Source: Folioceros fuciformis (lineage: Eukaryota). From it: a DNA stretch of 64,000 bases. The position numbers and the translations under genes were made by a program. Below, one piece after another: positions 25,198 to 36,218 of the stretch (the stretch's first letter is position 1; each line of letters starts with the position of its first letter). The stretch spans positions 295,243-359,242 of the forward strand of contig JBNGIO010006099.1 in assembly GCA_049999805.1 (NCBI GenBank). The letters are read 5' to 3'. Under the pieces are notes generated by a model. The model ran no database searches and was not told where the DNA came from. It saw nothing but the letters and a program-made list of their open reading frames with translations.

Positions 25198-25726
25198 AAA
25201 AGCACAACTCAATTTCATGTAATGGCAAGGAGTGGTTGGAGAGATTGCATTTTGCGTGATGCTTGACCGTGTCCACACGCTCACCCTTACAAACTTCGTT
25301 GGAAAGAATTTTGATGCCTCCTCCTCATGATGAAATCTGCATATCTTCCCCATGGAATGTAACAAGTTTTGACGGGACTAACTTTCTTCGTAACTATGTG
25401 CACATCATCTTGCCATTCGAGGGTTTCCTTTGAGAAAGGTCTTTGGCAAGGAGTCTGAACAATGAAAGGGCATGTTTGTGGCTGAACGAGAACATCTGCA
25501 TTTCTACATCCAACTTCCATCATGATCTTTGGAATTAGAGACAACCCGATTGTTCAAGTTCACTCAATCGACGCACTCAATTGTGCACGCCGCTTTGGTG
25601 TGCACGTTGCTTCGGACGCAATTCGGAATAGCAACATGCGCGGGATGCCTTGCATTTGTGGCTTAGAACATTTGAAAGGTAGTTGTGGTGTCTCCTCTTC
25701 AAATTTCCGCGCCGTAGATGTATACA

Positions 25727-25900
25727 GGAATACAAACAGTCACGGTTCCGCTGGAGTGAGGTTACAATGATCCGGAACGGCATGCATTACGGCCAGGCAC
25801 TCTGTTATTAGAGTTCAGATTATGGACATGTGACTTTGCGCTTAGCATGATGCAAACAAATACATGACCATGTCCACCTGGCGCTTAGGGTTTCGTGCCT
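25727..25900 (-). repeat. Right inverted-repeat arm of the MULE (inner part), with a telo-box AAACCCTAA at 25885-25893
   Basis: Inverted copy of 4936-5113. Confidence 0.9.
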
Positions 25901-26640
25901 TTAGTTACTTTGTAGTGACGAATAGCGCCTGGCGCTAGGCCCCCAGGGTACTGTGGACGCCGGGAACACCGGGACGTTGGTGGTTGTCTGCGAGGCCGGG
26001 ACACGGGGGCGTCGGTGGTTCTCTGGGACGTCGGGACACTGGGTGGGCAGTGGTCTCTCGGGACGCCAGTGCGCCGGGACAATTGCGTTGTCGGAAGCCC
26101 GGGATACTCGCAACATGTGCGGGCCGGGACACTCGGTGCGCCCGGACGCTTAAGATCTCAGCGTCGGCTTGGCGGTCGGAAATGTACTGGTCGCCCGTGT
26201 ATTGAGTGCATTCAACCACGTCTGAAGGTCGTCCGGCGCACTAGCGGATCCAGGGCAACGACAACCCGGGATGTCTACAAGACGAGCCGCGATAGCCCGG
26301 CCAGCACTCGGGACGGCTGCAGTCCTCCGAAGTTCTGTAGCGCGTTCGCGGGGACCCTGGGACATTCGGGATACGTGGACGCCGGGACACTTTAGGGCGG
26401 CGGACGCCGGAAGTTCTTCGGGCAGCCGGGCCGCCTGGAATGTGATGTTTGGCTGTGCCTAGTCGAGTGCATCCAGCCACGTCGCGGCGTCCAGGGTGCT
26501 CGCGTGCTCGGGACGATGACGAGCTCGGACACCAGCAAGGCAGGGAGCCTGGCCAGATCTGGGACGCCGGGACGATGAGAGCGAACCCCTAGGGCTATCC
26601 GGACGCTGGGACCACGAGGGTGAACAGGGCTACCGGACCC
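25901..26640. repeat. GC-rich array of GGGAC-core motifs; probable outer part of the right TIR or subterminal region
   Basis: More than a dozen GGGAC cores on one strand, with larger diverged repeats (26192-26240 vs 26451-26500; 25946-25970 vs 26368-26392). It directly continues the inverted repeat. Confidence 0.55.
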
Positions 26641-27228
26641 AGAGACTCGTACCAGTACAAGTTTAGAAAGCCGGCCTGTGTGAGAACGAAACTCACTTTT
26701 GCTCTCCCTCGTACTCTGTCTCCAAGAACGCAAGGATCTTTCCTGGTCATTGCGTGACTGTGTGTTAGGGCCTGGTAGGCAATTCAAATCCACCGCTCGC
26801 GAAAAGGGAAGATCAGTCACCCTGTCCTCCGCATTGAATTTCGACAAGGACCCTATGCTCCGGAATGGATGGTCTCCAGGCTGTCAATGTGCTGGTGGGG
26901 AGGGGTATGTAAACCCAGTGTTCAGACCCCTTTCCTTCGATTGGTTATTAATTTCCGCTCAACATTGTGAGCAAACTCCGTTCAGCCAGAACGTAACATG
27001 GGATCAAGGATTATACAAGGCCCCTCCACAAAATTGGTCCCTCAAGGATTACACAAGGCCCCTCCACAAATTGGCTCCAACAAGAATATCATCCCACATT
27101 AAAAACTACTGGCTGTCATCAGACTTTGACGTCCGGAAGCTTCCTAAGTTAAAAGGCCCACACTGATTGCCAAGGCGCCCGCGAAAGCACGTCAGAGGCG
27201 ACACGCCTGGCGACGCCGTGGTTGTTTC

Positions 27229-29202
27229 CTACTCAGTGCCCGCTAGCTTCAAAACCGCTGCCATATCTGGTAAGGCAGGAATGGCTCCCCGTTCCGTGGT
27301 TGCAATAGCGCCTGAGGCGTTCGCCAGTCGCAAAACTGTCCTGAGACGTTTCTCGTTCTGCTCATAGGCACCACGAGAGCTTTGAGAAGGCCGATACTGA
27401 GTCATGGAAATATTCACAGCGCAGGATGCCGGTAAGCAACCATACCTTGTACACATCCTTCTCAGCGACGAGAAGAGTGAGAAACGACCCGACAAATGCA
27501 TCACCCGCTCCAGTTGTATCTACAGTCTTCACTTCAAATCCAGGAACTCTTCCGCTGAACTCCTGCGGATGATGAAAGTTGTCAGCTTGCATGTAACTAG
27601 TGGGTATCAGAATTATCGAATGGAGAGCTCCGCGAGTAGTTCGACCTTAGTGTAGTACCGACATCCTTGCTCTCCTTCGGTTACCAGGAGAATCTTCAGT
27701 TTGTCATGCCAGAGTGACCGTGCAGCTTCATCACTATTGGGATCGTAGCCCTGTGTGACGAAGGCAATTTCGTCTTCGTTCACCTGCGGTTTCGGCACCC
27801 CACACGAGATATGAGTATCTGTGCTTGGGCTTTGCACGGTGGATGCTTGACAAGGAATGCATTTTCATGTCTACCTTGATAATGTCAGCCTCATTCCAAA
27901 TACTCATGATACCCTCTCGAGCAGCTTCAGCCGAGGGCCACAAGGGAAGTCTCAAGTTGGGGTCATAAGACAGTATTGCTCCAGCTTTCTTAGCCGCCTC
28001 CATTGCGGCTAGGTGTGCTGATTTACAAGGCTCAGTGATCAAGCTGATGGACCCGTAGTGGAAGACAGATGCCTGCAACAGAAGGGCTTCCAAACTGTCA
28101 AGCGTACAGCGTAGTTGAATAAGGATGATCCTAGCAAAGATTTCTGTTTGTTGGGAGTACGTTGGGTGTGGAGGAGACAAACACGGCAAACCTTGTTTAT
28201 GAGGTCGTAGTTGAGCTCCGAAGGCTGGAGTAACATATCCGCGCTGGGATTGCGATAAAACATAAATTCTCGTTCGCCATCGTGTCTCAATGTGACAAAA
28301 GCTAAAGCGGTCCGCGCGTTCTCATCGAAAAGAGTTCCTTCGCTGTTCACACGGTTCTCCTTGAGAATGTCAACCAGCATATGCCCAAATTCGTCATTCC
28401 CCACCTGTATCATCCAATTAAAAACCGACCTGATTTAGACAACATAATACAAACCGATCTCATTCAGACAAAATAACCAGACCCAAAGTAAGGAGCAAAG
28501 GAATATTTGATCGGAGGAGGACAGCACAAGTGAGTGGAGGCGAACATGAGCATTTTCAAGTTCCCAACAGGGTGAGGTCGCGACTGGGGCCGGACGCGAT
28601 GACCATACCTTGCCAATGAAGGCTGCGTTTCCCCCAAGCCGTGCAACACCAACTGCAACATTAGCAGGGGCTCCCCCGGGCGCCTTCTTAAACGCCGGCG
28701 CAGTGGCGAGAGAAACTCCTCCCACTGTCGGGACAAAATCAATCAGCATCTCACCAAAGCAAACAATTAGATCCTCCGAGTTCGCGCCTCCTCCGTTCTG
28801 TTGTGGTGGTGCGGACGCCTTGCCATTCCCTGCTACGACCGATCCACAATGAGCTCCAAAGAACACTGGCCGGAGAAATTCACAAACCAGTACAAGCTGA
28901 AAGCGATTAGTGATCCCACTTGCCTCACTCGATCTAAAGAAAAACAATCCGAAACATGCAAATCGTCACACAAACTCCGGTCTCAACACACAATCCAACC
29001 CCGAACGTTCCTACCGTGTCCACCATGCAAGAGTCATCATACCACATCGCAAAAGAAAAGGGAACAATTTGGCTAAGGGAACAAAACAAAGCACAAAACA
29101 TCCATTCCCGCTTGCAAGCCGCAGCAGCGCCTCACTCGCTGCCAGGAGTTCGGCGGCGCCTGACGTCTCGGCCAACTCCTCCACTTCCAAGCTTCCCGCC
29201 AT
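27229..29202 (-). CDS. FRK: Fructokinase (pfkB family), ~7 exons
   Basis: Motifs [65 protein letters not shown] and ANASGAI. Introns are GT-AG. Exon 1 (29202-29136) is inferred from a phase match. Confidence 0.93.
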
Positions 29203-30279
29203 TTAGCTACGAGCGTCAGATACCACAGATCGCAGCTTTCCCTGCTTTCCCTTCTTCCGCCTCTGATCACAAACTGCCTTGGTGTTGCAAAAGACTTCTC
29301 CTGCCACTGGCCTTGCCTTCCCGTGTTACAGCCATTCTGATGGCGCGGGCCCTTTTGTAAAGCCTCGGACACACTAAAAAGTCTATTTTGTGAGAAAACG
29401 TGTAGCCCGTTGATTTAGGTTGCTGTGTCCAACACCAACAGAATGCAGAACTCTGCATCGCACAGTTTCGAGGCATTTTCCACTTCCGTTCGGCCTACCC
29501 GATCTTCCTTCCGCACTTTCTACTTCTGCTCATCTTGTCGTTATCGTATCCTGTACAAGACAATCTCTCCACGAAGATCCAAATCGTAAAACCCAAGTCC
29601 CTGTTGGTTATCGCAGTAGCTTTGCTTGTTGGTCCTTATCTCCAGCCACTTATCTTAAGTGCTCACTCCTTGCCTGCGTTATCTCTCCGGCTTACTATGA
29701 CTGGTGCTTATCAGGGAACAGTAGCATGCTACTGGTGCTTATCCTTTGTGCCAGTCCAGTCGTCCAGTCTAAATGGCTTACTCAAACGAGCACACGTTCC
29801 TAAAGTGCCATTCAATTGGTAAAGGATGTCCTCGGTGACATGCAAAACCTGCAAGTAAATCCCTGACAGTTGAACTCCCCATATGTAGTCGGTAATCTAA
29901 AATCTTGGTTTGCATAGGTATGTCACTCAGTATTCTATCCGGTACGTTTTAGGCACTCCTGGATGCACACACCAATCCCATGAATGAACTGTCGGACAAG
30001 ACAGAAAAATTGAAATGGGCGGTGACCCGACACGAACGTACATATATATATATATATGCGTGCTGAGATATGAAGATACGATCACAAATGATGGACGCAG
30101 ACTTTGGTCAAGCATAGGTGGATGGGCTCATCACACCGCGCCAAGACCGCAGTTCAACTTGACTGTTCTGTACAAGCACCATTCTGTTGGCATTTGGGCA
30201 GTACTTGATGACGTCCAGCTAATGAAAACGACAGAAGGGGCCGTATGACCGGCTGGTCTTCAATGCTATGCTGCTATCT

Positions 30280-31841
30280 CTATGACGGTACTGCATCTTT
30301 GTCCAGTCTCCACAGTCCGATGGAAACTAAGTTGGCTAGGGAGTGTGCAGCCATGGGGACGGCCAGACTTTGTGTGGCAATAGATCCAGCGCCATAGAAC
30401 ATTCCCACAGCTGAGGCCCTGGGCATCCAAGCACGAAAAATGTGAGGGCAGGGTATGGTGAGTGTGCAGGAGGAGGAGGAGGAAGGGTAGGCTGAGGGCG
30501 TTACCATACGGCAAACGCAGTGTTTCTGCCGCCAGAGCGGTGCAGTGCCCCGAATAACAGGCCTGCTGCAACTGCTCCATACCAATCCACACCCACCAGA
30601 GGCAATAATGCTCCGCGAAACAGCACTTCCTGACATGTTTCACTTTTTCATCGCAACTGAGTTGTGTTGTTTGGTACCAGCTGTTGGTGGGATATCAAGT
30701 CCCTGGGAAGTAGAAGGATACCTCACTTATGCCAGGCAGGGCAGATACGAGAACGTAGTCAAAGGGCTCAAGAGGGCTTAGCACCTGTAGAATAGAACAG
30801 CCAGGGTCAGCATTGATCGAGGAGCAGCTTGATCGAAGACCTAATGCAGCCCACCTGCTGGTTTGACAGCATGCTTGCTTGACGGAAGTCTGGCCACAGT
30901 CGCAGAAGCAGTTGCCTCACAGAGGAAACGAGTAGAACAATCACCGTGACTGCGCCAAACTGAGATTGGTCGATGGTATCTGCAGGGAAAGTTGTGAAGC
31001 TGGTATGAGTCAGCTTCAGTGTAGATCCATTCCATGACGAGGTCGGTCATCTGGAGCTTGGCATCTTACACGGGAGTATCACAGTGCAATCAGGGACATT
31101 GAACCCTGCCTCGGCAGCCCAATGAGAGCCCTGCACAGCAACAGCAAGAGAGGAGGGACATGCCTTATCAAGCAGGCGGAACTAATGTAAAATGCAAAAA
31201 ATGAGGAACGAGTTCGTGACCGAACCTGCCGCAAGAGCAAGCCAGCGGCAGCAATCCCTCCCGATGTGGAAACACAAGCCCTGACAACATCCTCTCGGCT
31301 CACCGCAGGCAAACATGTTGCCAGGGGTTTCTTCACATCTCCCTCCCCCTGTCCAACATCCTCATCACCCCTGACTTCCTGTCTGGCTGAGGAAGAGTTC
31401 ACGAGCCGCGCACTCTCCTTCCCTGCGTCCAGCGACCTGGACGCAGTCTCCGCCCCATCCGGTGGCTGCAGTTTCACCCTCTTCCTCGTCTGTTTCTTCC
31501 CTGAAGCTCGAACAACGTACATACCATCCTGCAGAGGTCAAACCCACGGATAAGCGATGCTAGCATTGCCGTGATGAGACTTCATCCCCAAAAGCCCCTG
31601 AAAGCTAGGAATCCTGACCTGAAAGCCCATTCCTCGGGCGTGTGCCAGAGGACATCCATTGCTCCCAAAAGCAACATCTGTGCATCAACCAGACGCGCAT
31701 AAATCCATCCTCTGAGTAGCAGCGCTCCCAATCACCAAAACGCAGCATGGAGACACACTCACCTGCAAAGCACCAATCCCGGGCATTTGACGAGCAAGAA
31801 CAGCATGGAGCTGCCAAGCCACAGACTGCAATGCCGGCCAT
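30280..31841 (-). CDS. CAAX prenyl protease 2/Abi (CPBP) intramembrane protease, probably plastid-targeted, multi-exon
   Basis: Spliced LPGISE|EVLFRGALLP, LFGALH and PMAAHSLAN motifs. The 5' exons are less certain. Confidence 0.85.
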
Positions 31842-32050
31842 GGTGAAACGTCGTTGTCCCGTGCGTCAAGAGAACACCACAAGATAGGAGAAATCTACAT
31901 ACAGCATAAAAAACGTAGATCTACATCCAGGTGTAGATGTATGTATGTACATATAGTTTTTACCAGGTGCGTTCTAATCGTGACGCGGACTAGGTATTTA
32001 TTGTTCGTGGAAAGCCACGCGATTTCCTTTTGCAACTCAGCTTCGGGGAT

Positions 32051-32667
32051 ATGGCACCGTCAGCGACTAGCAGCGGCATCGCCGTTGGTCTCAACAAGGG
32101 GCATGCGGTCACCAAGCGCACGCCTGCCGTCCGCCCTTCTGCTACCAAGGGGGTACGTCTTTGGTGACATCAAACTTTTGGAGCTGGTCTGTTAGGGTTT
32201 CAGGGCTCTGGTTCGGCGATTACGCTTGTGCTGGGGGTATGATGTTCTTGGCAGTTCACCGGATGATCTTTGGGATGCTTGTGTTGCAGAGGAAGGGAAA
32301 GAGAACGGGTTTCGTCCGCTTGTTAATTCGTGAGGTTGCGGGCTTTGCCCCGTATGAGAAGAGGATAACTGAGCTGTTGAAGGTAGGGAAGGACAAGCGG
32401 GCTCTGAAAGTGGCAAAGAAGAAGCTCGGAACTCATTTGCGAGCGAAGAGAAAGCGTGAGGAGATGGCGACGGTTCTTCGCAAGCAGAGGTGATTTTCTT
32501 TCTCCTGTTTCTCTTTGGTCCTGGGCTTGTTGTCTGGTGGCGATTTGCAACAGCGCCGTAGCTAGGGTTTTCCATGAGCTGCTGTTTGTGGCCTATCCGA
32601 GTTTGCTCACACCATTCGTGATCTCCTCACTTGCAGGGCTACAGGTGGTGCCGAGAAGAAGAAATGA
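32051..32667 (+). CDS. RPL36: 60S ribosomal protein L36 (eL36), 3 exons
   Basis: [18 protein letters not shown]..|..[37 protein letters not shown]..|ATGGAEKKK*. Confidence 0.97.
32192..32200 (-). promoter_or_regulatory. Telo-box (AAACCCTAA) in RPL36 intron 1
   Basis: TTAGGGTTT on +, with a second near-match at ~32562. Telo-boxes are typical of plant ribosomal-protein genes. Confidence 0.5.
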
Positions 32668-33583
32668 GCTTAGGTCTTTGGTAGATCGGTGAACTGCACG
32701 GGTGTGACCACCCCCCTTAATGTGAAATTCTTTTGAGTTAAGAGCGAACTGCTGAAATTTTCCGGGAGGTAGTGTCTCGACTTGATATACGGGAGGCACA
32801 GGGGCAGTTTTCTCAGGCACCCTGCAAGGCTTGTCGGATTCCCCGTCGGATGCATAATTTGGTTCAGGAGGACATTGCTGGTGGAGAGAGGGATTGTGGA
32901 CCAATGGATGTGCCAGGAATTTCATGTCGAACTGTTCATTCAACGGCTGATAAGTTCCTCCTGGGGCAAAACGGCCACCGTTTTTGCGGAATGAGATGAG
33001 ATTTGTTCGTCACGCCGTCGTATTCTTCACTTGAATGTCTTCAATGCCGCTGTACACGCTGACCATTAAGTACATGACAATCACTTTTCCTTTACGTAAG
33101 CTTGTTTGTCGCAGATGTTTGTTAGGCCACTGCAATTCTCTCCAACGTTCAGCCTATGGACGAGAAAGCATGACCAAGGTCCGCTTTGCCACCCGAACCA
33201 CATAACCTCACCAGAGCCTGAAATGTCACGCCAAACGCTCATTGGGCATTGTGACAGACGATTTCTAGGTCTTGGTCAGCGTTGGCTATGGTGTTTGGCG
33301 GGAGTCGCCTCTCCCACCACAGGGAACGCGAGCACTTGCGTCTTGCGCGATGCAAGCTCCCGTGATTCAAGTTGCTGCTGTTCACGACCTACCTCGTGGC
33401 TGAGCCTGCGACGAACAGCCCTGCCTGAAATGGGACCTTCCTTTCAAGAAACGGCTCCAACATCTGAGGTTCTTGGAGATGGCGGGAGGGAGTGCACGCT
33501 GCCTTGCTGGGTATGACAAGACCTCAAAACGCTGCTGGTGTTGGTGACGTTGAGCTGCGCCTAGTCCCTGGAGGGGCCTTGCC

Positions 33584-35130
33584 ATGGCATCGATTCTGCC
33601 CTTGTCCAGCCAGCCATTGCCCGCATGCAGCCCTGCTTCTTGTTCAAGAAGGCCTTCGGCCGGAGATGGCAGCAGAGTTGCAGCTTCTTTGTGCCTCGGA
33701 AGTAGCCGGGGAGAAGAACAGCGGCAGGGCGCCGGGTTGCGGTGGAGCAGGTCAGGTATAGCGGGAGCAAGGACAAGTGGTGGAGTTTTGTTGCCTGACC
33801 ACGTGCCGGAGGATAGCCACAGGAAAGTCAGGGCAGGGAAGGCCTCTGCCTCGCTCGACAGCTTTGCGCTCGAGCAGAGCAAGAGTAGGAACGGAGACTT
33901 GGCGAGGCCGGAGCAGAAACCGGTGACTGGATACGGCATTTCATCCGGGCAGGCTGTCATCAAGGTGGTTGGAGTTGGGGGAGGAGGCTGCAATGCGGTG
34001 AATGAAATGGTGAGCGCCAAGCTCCCGAATGTGGAATTCTGGTCGGTCAATACCGACAGCCAAGCCTTGAGGAAGTCCCTGGCTCCTAACAGGCTTCAAA
34101 TTGGCAGAGAGTCGACTCTAGGGAGAGGTGCGGGTGGCAGCTGTGAAGTTGGTGAAGAGGCAGCCACGGAATCTCTGGCTGAGTTGTCCATGGCTCTGGA
34201 AGGTGCTGATATGGTGTTTGTAGCTGCCGGCATGGGTGGCGGGACGGGCTCTGGTGCAGGTATTCCATCCTTGTGTCTTGCCCTGTTCATGTAGTGATGC
34301 AGGTTGAAATAGTGGATTCTGACATGGCATGTTCCTGTCTTCCTCCAGGCCCTGTAGTCGCAAGGTTGGCCAAAGCCATGGGAGCACTGACTGTCGGCAT
34401 AGTGACAGAGCCCTTCTCGTTCGAGGGGGCCAAGCGCACGCAGTTGGCTCGCAAAGGTGTGGAGGCAATGCGACACTCATGTGACACCCTGGTTGTGGTG
34501 CCAAACGACCGTCTACTGGAGACTCTCTCTGCCGAGACCTCCTTCCTGGAGGCGTTCCACCTGGCAGATGATGTGCTGCGCCAGGGGGTGCAAGGTATTT
34601 CGGACATCATCACAGTGCCTGGGCTGGTGAATGTAGACTTCGCAGATGTGAAAGCTGTTATGTCCAATGCCGGCAGTGCTATGCTGGGGATAGGTGTTGC
34701 ATCAGGGAAGAACAGAGCAGAGGAAGTTGCAAAGTCTGCCATCATGTCTCCACTCCTTCAGTCCATTGTACGGCCTTCTGGAATTGTGTATAATGTGACT
34801 GGTGGAGCCGATCTCACTCTGCATGAGGTGAACATAGCAGCCGAGATCATTTATGGTATGGCAGACCCCAATGCCAACGTCATTTTTGGTGCTGTCATCG
34901 ATGAGAGCTTCAAAGGGAAACTGAGGATGACGGTGATTGCCACTGGCTTCCGGGACTTCAACGACCCCGGGCCGCCCTCCTCTCAGGTGCGATCTGCTGA
35001 GCTCGGGCCAGTCAAAACCATTGACGATGACATCTCCAATTGGGAACAGAATCTGAGGAGGCAAGCATCAACCGGCGTACCGGAATTCTTGAGGAAACGG
35101 GCCACCAGGGGACGAGATGGTGGACCGTAA
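33584..35130 (+). CDS. FtsZ: Plastid division protein FtsZ (probably FtsZ3 clade), 2 exons, intron 34260-34348
   Basis: Transit-peptide-like N-terminus, [38 protein letters not shown] and C-terminal VPEFLRKR. Confidence 0.95.
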
Positions 35131-36218
35131 AGAAAGGAAGCTCTGCTGCAGTCTGCTGCCTACTGTTTCCAAGGAACCGACATCCGGGGAAGAGTCTGGA
35201 ATGTGCACATGTCCTTCCACGACGTCCGGGAGCGGAGCTGTTACTGTACCTCTGCTCCCTGCAGCAGGAGCCCGCATGTGGCACGTAGGATTTATATATC
35301 TAGGTGTTGAGTAGTCCAGTTCAGTCTTCAACAACCACCAATGACGCGGTCTGGAGCTGTACATGTGTGTGGTGGTTGTAGGTGAGCTAATTTGTGTTTT
35401 GTGCTTATTATTTGGCATGCGCAGGGAATGTGGAAGCTTACATCCATTGCTGCGTTTGTAGATCCTTCACTCTGTTAACAGAAGAAGGCCCACACTGCGA
35501 TTTCCCTCTGCAGACCAGGGTGCACCAACTTCTCAAGAAATATGACTCGTCAGTGGTCACCAAGGGGGTTCGTCCTCACGAGGCCGGCTACTCCTTTCTT
35601 CAGTGCCCTCTTGGCATCGTCCCTGGCCTGACTTGAGAATAGGACACCTAATAGGTGGTCTGGCCTCCAGATTCTTGTGTCCGCCCTGGTATGCTTTCAG
35701 ACCACCACACAGACGGATGCCTCCGTTTTTAAGTCCAGGGAAGATCCCTGCATCATGCTGTAGTGATTTGTAATGTCCGCTGGCCCTTTGCTGCTCTGCC
35801 GTGTTGCTTTGTCAGCCGGGCCCCAAGAGTGGAAACCCTGCCAATGCAACGCCGGCTAAGCCCTCCGTTTTCCTAGAAATCAGATACGTGGAGAACATCG
35901 CTGGGCCCTGACCAGCCGACGCCGGCAGCCTCTGTTCACACAGTGACTTCAGAGACTCGGCAAGAATCCATGGCGGCTATCGATGGGGAGCCAGGCTGGG
36001 TTGTCGCGATGCACGCGAGGTGTTGGCCGCCCAGGTTTGCCATTTCCCCCAACCAGCATGCTCGGGCATTGCTTGCGCATTTGATGCCTCTCAGCTCCCA
36101 CAACGGCAGGTCGCAGCAACTCCGGGGGCTGATGCAGAGTAGCAGGGGGGACATCGATCCGGGCCTGGAGTTCCCAGGGGCAGCACCAGCCGATTGAGAT
36201 CCAACGCCAGGAGGAACC

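Larger units (their letters stand above)
12054..25544 (-). pseudogene. SWIM zinc-finger MULE/Mutator DDE transposase split by a LINE (25544-25213 + 14208-12054)
   Basis: The junction rejoins as MKLSCAF|GSRKY. Motifs: GESKKRGC, AMDATFGTN (D, ~13551), NGIPVAW, FLVDDC (D), CLWH, NSSIEAYH (E) and SWIM CRCKHGTRGFMCKH. Several stops and frameshifts are present. Confidence 0.9.
4936..25900. mobile_element. MuDR-like Mutator (MULE) element core, ~4.3 kb after removing nested LINEs; true ends lie further out
   Basis: Inverted repeats at both ends enclose a convergent RPA-like gene (+) and SWIM/MULE transposase (-). Both ORFs rejoin in frame when the LINEs are removed at their TSDs. Confidence 0.75.

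Noticed and set aside
25885-27166. Many overlapping ORFs of 60-155 aa
   Set aside because: They are a by-product of high GC and repeats, with no recognisable motifs.
30040-30057. (AT)n tract, and poly-T at ~61236-61252
   Set aside because: Ordinary microsatellite and homopolymer, with no TSD or SINE body.
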